A stretch of 41,022 nucleotides of DNA from a virus. Lineage: Duplodnaviria > Caudoviricetes. Shown in pieces: positions 1 through 7,910 of the stretch (position 1 is its first letter; every line of letters starts with the position of its first letter). The position numbers were made by a program, and so were the translations under genes. The stretch is taken from positions 1-41,022 of IMG/VR virus record IMGVR_UViG_3300014613_000013. The stretch is one strand, 5' to 3'. The notes below the pieces were generated by a model. The model was not told where the DNA came from and ran no database searches. It saw only the letters and a list, made by a program, of their open reading frames with translations.

Positions 1-123
1 AACAAGAGTTATTACAACAGCTTAAAGATTATGAACCTGTATCAAAACCTAAAGGAACAGAGACTTTTTATGAAGATGCTAAAGATATAATTAAACAAGA
101 GATAGGTGAAGATGAATATAATA
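1..123. repeat. Terminal direct repeat, copy 1 (circular assembly overlap)
   Basis: 1-123 is identical to 40900-41022 (aacaagagtt...gatgaatataata) and the reading frame continues across the join. Confidence 0.97.
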
Positions 124-2900
124 GATTAGAAAAACAACAAGGTAAGATATTGACACAACAAGAAGTTAAAGAAATGAAACCTGTTAAAGCATATAGGACA
201 GGTGAAAAGATAGGTAGGACACAAGAGCGTAATAAGCTAACAATGAAAATAAACTCTAAGAAAGCTAGTGTTGAACAGATAAAGAAAGCTTTAACTGATT
301 ATGCGAGTAAACATTTAGCATTTGAAGATAAAGGTAAATTATTAGTCAAAGTTAGAGATGTAAAAACTAAGGCTGGTTTACAAAAAGCAATAGATTTAGT
401 AGATGAGATCGAAGAGAAAGCACAACGAGGAGAAGCTATAAATAGTCTTAAAAAAACTATAAAAAAGATTGATATTAAAAAGCTTAGACCTGAATATAAA
501 AAAGAGATTATGGGATTAATTGATAGTGTAGATTTAGTAAATAGACGTGATAAAACAATAGAATCTTTAAATAATACATTAAAGTTTTTAGAAGAAAACG
601 AAGATAACAATATTCCTGAAGAAAGATTAAGACAATTAAGAATATTAGAAAAGAAAAAGATAAAAGATTTAACATTAGATGATATAGATTTATTACATAA
701 TAGTATAAAACACGCTAAACATTTGATGGATATAAAAAATAAAATGTTATTAGGTAATAAATATAGAGAGTTTGCAGAAATCAAAAATGAAGCGGTAAAT
801 AACATAAAAAAACGGAAAAAAATAAATGAAGAATCAGATATTATAAGTGAAACAGATAAGCCTGAAAAAGAAGGGATATTTAAAAAATTTTTTAAAGTAT
901 TTTCGTTAAATCCTGAACTTATAACACAAAAACTAGATAATAAAGATAATGGTATAATACAGAAGATATTGTATAGAGACCTAGATGTTGCAGAAACTAG
1001 AAGAATAGAATATGTAAATGAAGCTTATAAAGAAATAAAAGAAAAAATAGATTTTGATTTTGAAACATATAGCTCATTGTTTATACCTAAAGAAAGTAAA
1101 GCTAAACAAAAACTAGGTATACAAAAAAGTATAGATTGGCAAAATTTAGAACTTCCTAGCGGTAGAAAAATTAAATTATCTAAAGGTAGCAGAATAGCTT
1201 TATATTTAGATAGTTTAAATAAAAAGAATTTAAGGCATGTATTAGAAGGTGGGTTTAGTTTTCATGAAAATCAAGCCAGGATAAACAAATTAACTTCTGA
1301 AGATTTAGAATATATAATTGGAACAATGACAAAAGAAGAGTATAAAATAGGTGATGCGATATATAATTATTTGAATACTACACAGAAAAAGAAATTAAAT
1401 GAAGTATCAGCTGAATTAAACGGATTTGATGTTGCAGTTGAAGATAATTATTTTCCTATTGCAACAAATTCATTGGCTAGGGTACAAGATAAATTAAGCA
1501 AATCTCCACAAGCTAAGTTTATACGCAAAACTCTTGAAGGTCGAGGTTTCCTTAAAGAAAGAACGAATGCTAATACTCCTATAATATTAGAAGATGCTTT
1601 TTTAGCATTAACCAAATCTATAAAACAATCTGCGGCATATTATGCTTATGCTAAACCTTTGAGGAATGCTAGAAGTTTGTTGGGTGATCCTGATTTTAAA
1701 ACATCAGTAATAAAATATTATGGTAAATCTTATTTAAAAGATTTGAATAATTATATCGATGGGGTTGAAGGTAATTCTGCGAATATTAGCGGAATTGAAA
1801 AAATTACATTAGATTTAATAAACAAATTTGATTTAGCGATATTAGGATTAAATCCATGGACAATGTTAAAACAAACAATCTCTTACTGGGGTTCTGCAAC
1901 AGAAATGAAGTTTAAATATTTAATTAATGCTAGAACATTAATGCCTGCTTCTAAAAAAATAATAAGTAAATGGTCGCCTCAATTAGGAGAGAGATTTAAA
2001 GGGCATGTTACTAGAGAAATGGGGGAAGTTAGTCAAGCTGGCGAGGTTAGAAGTAGATGGTTAGATAAGTCTCCATTAAGTCAACAAGTAATGAAAGGTA
2101 TAGCAGAATTTGACTATCAAGCTATAGGTAGAATATGGAATGCAGTGTCTTATGAAATAGATGACACAACAGATTTAAAAGGTGATGCTAGAATGAAAGC
2201 TATTGCTGCACGAGCTGAAGAAGTAGTACGAAGAACACAGCCTACTTTTAGTTTAAAAGATAGATCGACAATAGGCAGAGAAAGAGCATTATTTGTTAGA
2301 TTAGCGACTAAATATACTTCTCAGTTGAACAAAAACTTTATAATGATAAATAGAGCTTTTGAAAAATATAGAGTTAGTAATCATACATCAGCAGACAAAG
2401 TTGAATTAATAAAATCAATAAGTGTAGTTACTGTACTAATGAATAGTTTATTGCTTGGAATAAATAAATTGAGAGATTTGGCTTATGGAAGAAAATCTAA
2501 AAAAGGTAAAAATAAATATATGTTATTATTTTTAGATTTACTCGAAGCTAATCTAAATGCGGTGTATTTTGTTGGCAACGCTTTTACTACAATAAAAAAT
2601 AAATATATATATGGTAAATGGTCTGATTTTGGGACAAAAAATGTGTTAGAATCTGCTAGCGAAACAAGCTGGGAAGCAATGGTTGATCTTGTAAATGCAA
2701 TAGATCAAGCTATGAGTAAAGAAAGGTATGCCTCTGGTAGCAAAAGGGGGCAATATAAATGGAAAAATACAACTAAAAGTTTTTTGAATAATACATTATC
2801 TGTAGCGTCTAAATTTAAAGGAATACCTTATGAGAATTTAGTTAGAATATATAAAATATTTAATAGAAAGAAAAAAACTAAAAGAAGAAGGGTATATTAA
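3..2900 (+). CDS. C-terminal part of giant (~1727 aa) internal virion/DNA-ejection polyvalent-type protein, continuing from 38616
   Basis: Frame is open from base 3 (QELLQQLKDY...) into the listed 916-aa ORF. It is in frame with ATG 38616 after removing the 123-bp overlap. Last gene of the virion module, before lysis genes. Confidence 0.8.
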   Translation, partial: QELLQQLKDYEPVSKPKGTETFYEDAKDIIKQEIGEDEYNRLEKQQGKILTQQEVKEMKPVKAYRTGEKIGRTQERNKLTMKINSKKASVEQIKKALTDYASKHLAFEDKGKLLVKVRDVKTKAGLQKAIDLVDEIEEKAQRGEAINSLKKTIKKIDIKKLRPEYKKEIMGLIDSVDLVNRRDKTIESLNNTLKFLEENEDNNIPEERLRQLRILEKKKIKDLTLDDIDLLHNSIKHAKHLMDIKNKMLLGNKYREFAEIKNEAVNNIKKRKKINEESDIISETDKPEKEGIFKKFFKVFSLNPELITQKLDNKDNGIIQKILYRDLDVAETRRIEYVNEAYKEIKEKIDFDFETYSSLFIPKESKAKQKLGIQKSIDWQNLELPSGRKIKLSKGSRIALYLDSLNKKNLRHVLEGGFSFHENQARINKLTSEDLEYIIGTMTKEEYKIGDAIYNYLNTTQKKKLNEVSAELNGFDVAVEDNYFPIATNSLARVQDKLSKSPQAKFIRKTLEGRGFLKERTNANTPIILEDAFLALTKSIKQSAAYYAYAKPLRNARSLLGDPDFKTSVIKYYGKSYLKDLNNYIDGVEGNSANISGIEKITLDLINKFDLAILGLNPWTMLKQTISYWGSATEMKFKYLINARTLMPASKKIISKWSPQLGERFKGHVTREMGEVSQAGEVRSRWLDKSPLSQQVMKGIAEFDYQAIGRIWNAVSYEIDDTTDLKGDARMKAIAARAEEVVRRTQPTFSLKDRSTIGRERALFVRLATKYTSQLNKNFIMINRAFEKYRVSNHTSADKVELIKSISVVTVLMNSLLLGINKLRDLAYGRKSKKGKNKYMLLFLDLLEANLNAVYFVGNAFTTIKNKYIYGKWSDFGTKNVLESASETSWEAMVDLVNAIDQAMSKERYASGSKRGQYKWKNTTKSFLNNTLSVASKFKGIPYENLVRIYKIFNRKKKTKRRRVY

Positions 2901-3202
2901 TGACTTGCGAAAAACACGACCAAACAATGGAAAGAATATTTAACAGTATCAATAGTTTAGATAATAAAATGAATCTAGTCGTTGAGAGAGAAAATGTGTC
3001 TAAAGATAGAGTTGATAAGATTGAAGCAGATTTATATAATAAAGATACAGGATTTTTCAATAGTATCTCGTCTAAATTAGCAGGGTTAAAAACTCATATA
3101 GGTATTATGTGGGGATTAATGTTATTAGTCGTGAGTGGAGCAGTAGGAACATTATTTTATTTGTTTCGTCATATAATAGTAATTTTAAATCAAGGAGCAT
3201 AA
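2900..3202 (+). CDS. Coiled-coil plus C-terminal TM protein (lysis-cassette accessory or holin-like)
   Basis: Heptad-like N-terminus then hydrophobic IGIMWGLMLLVVSGAVGTLFYLF; start overlaps the upstream stop (TAATG). Confidence 0.55.
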   Translation: MTCEKHDQTMERIFNSINSLDNKMNLVVERENVSKDRVDKIEADLYNKDTGFFNSISSKLAGLKTHIGIMWGLMLLVVSGAVGTLFYLFRHIIVILNQGA

Positions 3203-3205
3203 GTC

Positions 3206-3469
3206 ATGAATAATCTAAACAGTAAAAAGTTTATAGCATTTGTAATTGCTACAATAGTATTTATTATTGTATATTTTACAAATTATTTACAGCATACAGT
3301 TACAATAGATTTCAGTTTTAACATGGCACTTATGTATGTAAAATTTATATTGATAGCTTATTTGGTTTCTACATTTTCAGAAAAATTAATGGCAAAATTT
3401 ATTGATAAATTAGATATAGGAGATATAATAAAAGAGTTATTATCAAAATTAAGAAGGGGGAAAAAATGA
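3206..3469 (+). CDS. Putative holin
   Basis: 87 aa, SKKF followed by two hydrophobic helices, basic C-terminus; GGAG RBS; upstream of the endolysin candidate. Confidence 0.6.
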   Translation: MNNLNSKKFIAFVIATIVFIIVYFTNYLQHTVTIDFSFNMALMYVKFILIAYLVSTFSEKLMAKFIDKLDIGDIIKELLSKLRRGKK

Positions 3470-3792
3470 GTAATGAATTAAAACCTAAGGAATTTATCGA
3501 AAAAAATACCGATCTTGTGAAAAAGATTAGAGAGGTTGCAGAGCAAATATTAATTGTCAATAGAGATCAAATATTATCTTTTAAAAATGAAAAACAATTT
3601 TTAGATTATATGGCGTCTGTAGCAGATGATATGATTCAATTAAATGCAATAGCTGAAACTATAGATGAATTAATTGCTAAGATAGCATTCAAATATTTAG
3701 ATAAATTAGTATTAGATAAATTTTTGGGTGATGATTGGTTTATTAAATTACAAACTTGGTTAAAAAATATAGAGATTAAGGTGGCAGGATAA
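3466..3792 (+). CDS. Hypothetical protein in lysis cassette
   Basis: 108-aa ORF translationally coupled on both sides. Confidence 0.7.
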   Translation: MSNELKPKEFIEKNTDLVKKIREVAEQILIVNRDQILSFKNEKQFLDYMASVADDMIQLNAIAETIDELIAKIAFKYLDKLVLDKFLGDDWFIKLQTWLKNIEIKVAG

Positions 3793-4229
3793 TGCTGAAA
3801 GAAAAAGATATATTTCATTTGATGATCGTTAGACAGATATATGCGACTGCGTCAACGATAGGCTACTTATACATTAATGGTAAGTTTACTTGTTATGTAT
3901 TAGAGGATGCAGTTAGATTGGAAGGTTTAAAAATAAAAGAAAAAACAGCTATTCCAGCAGGGTTTTATCGAGTTACAATAGAAGAATCAAAAAGGTTTGG
4001 TAGAGGTATGTTGACAATTAATGATGTGCCAAATTTTACAGGTATTCGTATTCACGGCGGTAATACTGCTGAAGATACGGCTGGATGCCCTCTTGTAGCA
4101 TATAATTGGGTTAAGCCTAATATTAAGGATACAGATAATATGATATATAAGAGTGCTGAACAAGATATAAAAGAATTAGTGCAAAATCAACTATTAGACA
4201 CATATATTTCAATAATTAATTTATTATAA
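3792..4229 (+). CDS. DUF5675-family protein, probable endolysin
   Basis: STIGYLYING..CYVLED..TAIPAGFY..DVPNFTGIRIHGGNTAEDTAGCPLV (HxGN..D..GC motif). Confidence 0.8.
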   Translation: MLKEKDIFHLMIVRQIYATASTIGYLYINGKFTCYVLEDAVRLEGLKIKEKTAIPAGFYRVTIEESKRFGRGMLTINDVPNFTGIRIHGGNTAEDTAGCPLVAYNWVKPNIKDTDNMIYKSAEQDIKELVQNQLLDTYISIINLL

Positions 4230-4267
4230 TTTTTTGCGAAATAGCCCTTTATTTATAAGGCTTTTCC

Positions 4268-4298
4268 AAGCGGGGATAAACACCCCGCTTATTTTTTT
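4268..4298 (+). terminator. Intrinsic terminator ending the late arm
   Basis: AAGCGGGG-ataaaca-CCCCGCTT followed by a T run, at the convergence of the two arms. Confidence 0.85.
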
Positions 4299-4323
4299 CT
4301 TAAATATTTCATCTCTTCTTTTA

Positions 4324-4743
4324 TTACTCCGCCCTAACCAAATCAGTCTTCCACTCTTCAAGCTTTAAATTTAATATATCTATTCCATTCTTGCTTATGT
4401 TATTAAGCTGTCCTATCTGTCCACTCTGTGCTATCTTAGGTACGAGATACATTGTTGTTAGTGTCTTAGACGATGGAATAAATGTACTTAATAAAAACAT
4501 AAAAATACAAATTATTATTAAACTTATATGTAACTTAAATATATTTTCCCTTTGCATACTTCCCGATGCTTTTTTGTAAAAAGTATCCCAAGCATCGTCT
4601 TTAGGACTATATTTATTATCTGCTAATAAACACGGGATTAACAAAAACCCTAATATTAAAAATCCAACTCCACCTAATATAACTAATATTCCACGTATAT
4701 CATCTATAACCCCTATTAAATAAATTAACAATGTTAAATTCAT
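4324..4743 (-). CDS. Membrane protein
   Basis: 139 aa with 2-3 hydrophobic segments; AGGAGG RBS. Confidence 0.75.
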   Translation of the reverse strand: MNLTLLIYLIGVIDDIRGILVILGGVGFLILGFLLIPCLLADNKYSPKDDAWDTFYKKASGSMQRENIFKLHISLIIICIFMFLLSTFIPSSKTLTTMYLVPKIAQSGQIGQLNNISKNGIDILNLKLEEWKTDLVRAE

Positions 4744-4794
4744 CCCTTTCCTCCTATGTTTTATAATATTGGTTATGTAACCCCCTTATATTGC

Positions 4795-5004
4795 AACCAG
4801 CAGTGCAAGGATTTGACAAGTAGTCTAAAAGACTTCCACCTTTTAAACATTTATTGGATGTACCCAACGTCTCTTGTTAAGTCACCTTGCATAGTGTCAT
4901 TTAATCTGTGGGGTTACCATCAGAAGTTCCTCGACTCCTCACCTTTCGGCTACTAGCGACACCTTACGATTAAGCGTCTACATCTATTCCGCCACCTGCC
5001 GGTT
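4795..5004 (-). ncRNA. tRNA-Leu-like structured RNA with two internal insertions
   Basis: 9-bp closing stem AACCGGCAG/CTGCTGGTT; Leu-type D arm GTGGCGGAATAGATGTAGACGC; TTAATC/GATTAA stem; T-like stem TGCAAGG/CCTTGCA ending CAAATCC; inserts of ~54 and ~67 nt. Confidence 0.7.
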
Positions 5005-5719
5005 AAATACTATATTGAATTTCTTCTTCAAACACATAACATTCTGCTTCTACTGCAAAACTACTAGTGATTAATTTAATCGTATTCTGATACAGTTTTC
5101 TGCATAAATCTAATGGGCTATCATTGACCACTAATGTGTTGATATTATTATCTTTTAATCTCTTCAATACATCATTAATTGTCAAATACTGTTGCATATC
5201 TACTGCATATAATCCGTCATTGTTGTCTACACAATATGCAATAGGAACGTCTAGTCGCTCTCTAATCATGCTTAATTGAGCTATATCGAACGATATAAAA
5301 CTATGGATATTATCTATCTTATCATGAGTTAAAGTCACTAGAGCTTCAATAAGCCTCGAATTATAGCCTTCTACACTTGAGAACCAATTATGTACATGAA
5401 TCATTAATTGTATCTGTTCTATTCCTTGTAATTCAAAGACCTCTTTAAGTGTTATCACTTTTTTGACTTTTCTTATCTCTGCTAGAGTCATTTGATAAGT
5501 CTTGAATTTCCCAATATTAGGATCATGTATCAAGATTAAATGATTATCCGCTGTTAAATGTATATCAATTTCTATTCCATACTCATTATTACGGATAGAT
5601 CTTCTAATTGTTTTTAGCTTATTCGCTCTGTGTTTTATTATCTTCTTCTCAAAGATCGAGCTAGGACTCAAAGCCAAGGATTCGCTTACTAATAATAATA
5701 GAATAATTAGTTTACGTAT
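5003..5719 (-). CDS. Glycerophosphodiester phosphodiesterase (GDPD) family protein, probably exported
   Basis: IIKHR, GIEIDIHLTADNHLILIHD, TLAEI, ITLKEVF motifs. Frame extends past TTG 5677 to ATA 5719, adding a signal-like RKLIILLLLVSESLA. Confidence 0.8.
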   Translation of the reverse strand: MRKLIILLLLVSESLALSPSSIFEKKIIKHRANKLKTIRRSIRNNEYGIEIDIHLTADNHLILIHDPNIGKFKTYQMTLAEIRKVKKVITLKEVFELQGIEQIQLMIHVHNWFSSVEGYNSRLIEALVTLTHDKIDNIHSFISFDIAQLSMIRERLDVPIAYCVDNNDGLYAVDMQQYLTINDVLKRLKDNNINTLVVNDSPLDLCRKLYQNTIKLITSSFAVEAECYVFEEEIQYSI

Positions 5720-5737
5720 TTTGCCTTCTGTTATAGA

Positions 5738-5845
5738 GAGTACCGAGCTGGTGTATATTGGCTTGACGCCTAGATACGCTTAATTTAATAAGCCTCGGTA
5801 CTCAATTGTTTTTATTGTTTTAGAATTTGTTATTTTATACACCAG
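5738..5845 (-). promoter_or_regulatory. Pseudoknotted leader RNA, copy A
   Basis: 10-bp stem GAGTACCGAG/CTCGGTACTC, two internal hairpins joined by CGTATCT, and crossing 10-bp pair CTGGTGTATA/TATACACCAG. Confidence 0.65.
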
Positions 5846-5847
5846 TT

Positions 5848-5898
5848 AAAAAAAAGAGAGACATTGCCGAAAGACTTTCCCTTTCGGATTGGTCTCTC
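5848..5898 (-). terminator. Terminator-like hairpin
   Basis: GAGAGAC..CCGAAAG..CTTTCGG..GTCTCTC followed by T8 on the minus strand. Confidence 0.6.
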
Positions 5899-6008
5899 AT
5901 CGTGATTAATCTACAATAGTAGAAATTATAAGGCAAGCTCGTCTCAAACCCCACGTTATCGTCTCACGCTTGCCTATTCTGTATTATACTTATTTGTCTT
6001 GTTTTTGT

Positions 6009-6140
6009 CTACTTCTTTCTACCTTTTCCATTACCTTTGCCGCCACCTTTGCCATAACCTGATCCGCCTGTTTTACAACCACCTTTATTTTGATTAGCTC
6101 TCACTCCTTTTCCTGATCCGTTTCTCTTTGGTTTTGCCAT
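6009..6140 (-). CDS. 43-aa Gly/Lys-rich basic peptide (not in ORF track)
   Basis: MAKPKRNGSGKGVRANQNKGGCKTGGSGYGKGGGKGNGKGRKK*; AAGGAGG RBS. Confidence 0.75.
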   Translation of the reverse strand: MAKPKRNGSGKGVRANQNKGGCKTGGSGYGKGGGKGNGKGRKK

Positions 6141-6141
6141 T

Positions 6142-6576
6142 TTATTCCTCCTTTAATCTCTCTACTTCTCTTGTATAATGTTCTATTAATGCCTCGTAAT
6201 CAAATCTTGTATATTTATGATGTTGATTTTTGCTTGATTCAAGAATTTCTATTATATTTGCTCCATATTTTCTTATTAATCCTAAACTATAGCCAGACAT
6301 ATTCCCTTCTTCAAATCTGTTACATTTTCTACATTGAGCATGACAATTTTTTTCGTTGTATCTTAAATTCATCTTAGCTCTATTGATATAATGTCCACAA
6401 TCAGACTCTTGCCAATGAACTAATTTGCCACAAGAAATACATTTAATACAATCTGTTTTTCCAATTCTATCTCTTAGTCTAATATACTTTGAGAATATTC
6501 TATCTAGTTTATTTTTCAAAGTACTAGTTTTTATTATCTTTTCTTTTATTCGCCGTATATTCTTTTTTTCATGCAT
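6142..6576 (-). CDS. ninG: NinG/Rap-family recombination endonuclease
   Basis: LDRIFSKYIRLRD, CISCG, DCGHYI, NCHAQCRKCNRF, GLIRKYG. Confidence 0.9.
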   Translation of the reverse strand: MHEKKNIRRIKEKIIKTSTLKNKLDRIFSKYIRLRDRIGKTDCIKCISCGKLVHWQESDCGHYINRAKMNLRYNEKNCHAQCRKCNRFEEGNMSGYSLGLIRKYGANIIEILESSKNQHHKYTRFDYEALIEHYTREVERLKEE

Positions 6577-6737
6577 TCTAAAACATCCCTATGAGTCTTG
6601 GGTCTATAAGTACAAATATGCCTATCTTTTTTAAACTTTAAAACTTTATAATATTTGCAATTCTGCCAATCGTAATCAGGCGGACAAAAACAATCACAGA
6701 AATATTTATCGCCTTTTATATTATGTCTAACCTTCAT
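6546..6737 (-). CDS. Small Cys-rich hypothetical protein
   Basis: 63-aa ORF with five Cys, co-oriented with neighbours. Confidence 0.45.
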   Translation of the reverse strand: MKVRHNIKGDKYFCDCFCPPDYDWQNCKYYKVLKFKKDRHICTYRPKTHRDVLECMKKRIYGE

Positions 6738-6749
6738 TTTCTAAATTCT

Positions 6750-6821
6750 TAGCCGTGCCGAGACTTGAACTCGGATTAACTGATCGAAAATCAGATGTGC
6801 TAACCTTTACACTACACGGCC
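6750..6821 (-). tRNA. tRNA-Glu (anticodon TTC), no encoded CCA
   Basis: GGCCGTG/CACGGCT acceptor, D arm GTGTAAAGGTTAGCAC, anticodon loop TTTTCGA, T arm CCGAG-TTCAAGT-CTCGG; T-T mismatch at 27:43. Confidence 0.9.
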
Positions 6822-6880
6822 TTAGCCCGCTGACTGTATAAAATAGGGCTTTCTAGGGATGCATTTCTAGCTAGAAAGGA

Positions 6881-7054
6881 TCAGCGGGCTTTAATCTCCT
6901 TTATTCTTTGATTGCATTCATTAATAAATAATACCCATTCTTTTATTTCTGATTCTGCAAATTCAATTAAATCTTTTAAATCTTTTTTGTCTAATTTATC
7001 TATTTCGAATTTCTTTAATATTTTCTTTATATTTACATTGTCTTTTTTTTCCAT
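6881..7054 (-). CDS. 57-aa charged hypothetical protein (not in ORF track)
   Basis: MEKKDNVNIKK...QRIKEIKAR*; fills the gap on the coding strand. Confidence 0.55.
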   Translation of the reverse strand: MEKKDNVNIKKILKKFEIDKLDKKDLKDLIEFAESEIKEWVLFINECNQRIKEIKAR

Positions 7055-7115
7055 TTTGATTTATCCCCATTTTGCAATAGTTTTTTTTAGGTCTAAAATA
7101 TATGTTCATATTACC

Positions 7116-7838
7116 TCAAAACATCTTTAATTGTCTAGCTTCTTGCTCGATTCTTTGCTTAGAAATTTTACAATATTCTTCCTCTTTTTCAATACAAATC
7201 CATTTACGGTTTAAACTCTCACATGCTATTGCGGTTGTTGAACTTCCTGCAAAACAATCTAAAATCATATTTTGTTCATTACTTCCAATTAATATATATT
7301 TTTTTATTAATTCTATAGGTTTCACTGTAGGATGTTCATTATTTCTATTTGTAGGACTACTAAATAATTTCTTTTTTATTTTACAACCTCCTATAAAAAT
7401 AGCTTTTTCCTCTCTAATATGAATTATAAATTCTAAATCTTGTCTCCAAACATTATTACAAAATGGCGTTGCATTTGTTTTTTCCCATGCCAATAATGTT
7501 GTATAATATTTATTCTTTTCTCCCCATCTCATTAATTTTGATATTTGTTTATTTGAACAAAAACAAAATAGATTAAATTTTTTTAATATCCTTTTAAATT
7601 CTTCAAAAATATTATAATGATTAAACCCACAAGATAAATTCTTTAATTTGTTTCGTATTTTCAAAGCTCGATCTTTTAAAACTGTACTTGTTCCGCCTTG
7701 ATTATCTAATTCATAAGGTGGATCAATAATAATTAAATCAATAATATTATTCTCTATTAAGAGCAATATATCAATAACATCTCCACAATATAAAACCCCA
7801 TTATCTGTTCTATAATACTCATAATCTTCTAGTCTCAT
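7116..7838 (-). CDS. N6-adenine/N4-cytosine DNA methyltransferase (beta class)
   Basis: DPPY catalytic motif before HPTVKP and LDCFAGSSTT (FxG) SAM-binding motif. Confidence 0.93.
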   Translation of the reverse strand: MRLEDYEYYRTDNGVLYCGDVIDILLLIENNIIDLIIIDPPYELDNQGGTSTVLKDRALKIRNKLKNLSCGFNHYNIFEEFKRILKKFNLFCFCSNKQISKLMRWGEKNKYYTTLLAWEKTNATPFCNNVWRQDLEFIIHIREEKAIFIGGCKIKKKLFSSPTNRNNEHPTVKPIELIKKYILIGSNEQNMILDCFAGSSTTAIACESLNRKWICIEKEEEYCKISKQRIEQEARQLKMF

Positions 7839-7910
7839 AATCTACAATCTCCAAACTAAACTTGTCTTAGCCCACCGACTTCGCAATAATGTTTTTGTTT
7901 TGGTTTACCT

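Noticed and set aside
299-805. This and other short opposite-strand ORFs in the track (e.g. 12408, 21118, 23350, 29890, 40162)
   Set aside because: Antisense to well-supported genes, with F/L/I/S-rich composition typical of reverse-complemented AT-rich coding DNA.
4756-4956. 66-aa + strand ORF
   Set aside because: Antisense to the early arm and coincident with the structured tRNA-like RNA.
4816-4961. Inserts in the tRNA-like RNA as group I or canonical bulge-helix-bulge introns
   Set aside because: Too short for group I and without a terminal G at the inferred junctions. Only a partial BHB-like geometry (TGAC/GTCA with AAT bulge) at the T-loop and none at the anticodon.
4795-6890. Self-cleaving ribozymes (hammerhead, HDV/theta) near the tRNAs
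   Set aside because: No complete CUGANGA/GAAA core or HDV-like nested pseudoknot could be built by eye; a covariance search is needed to exclude them fully.
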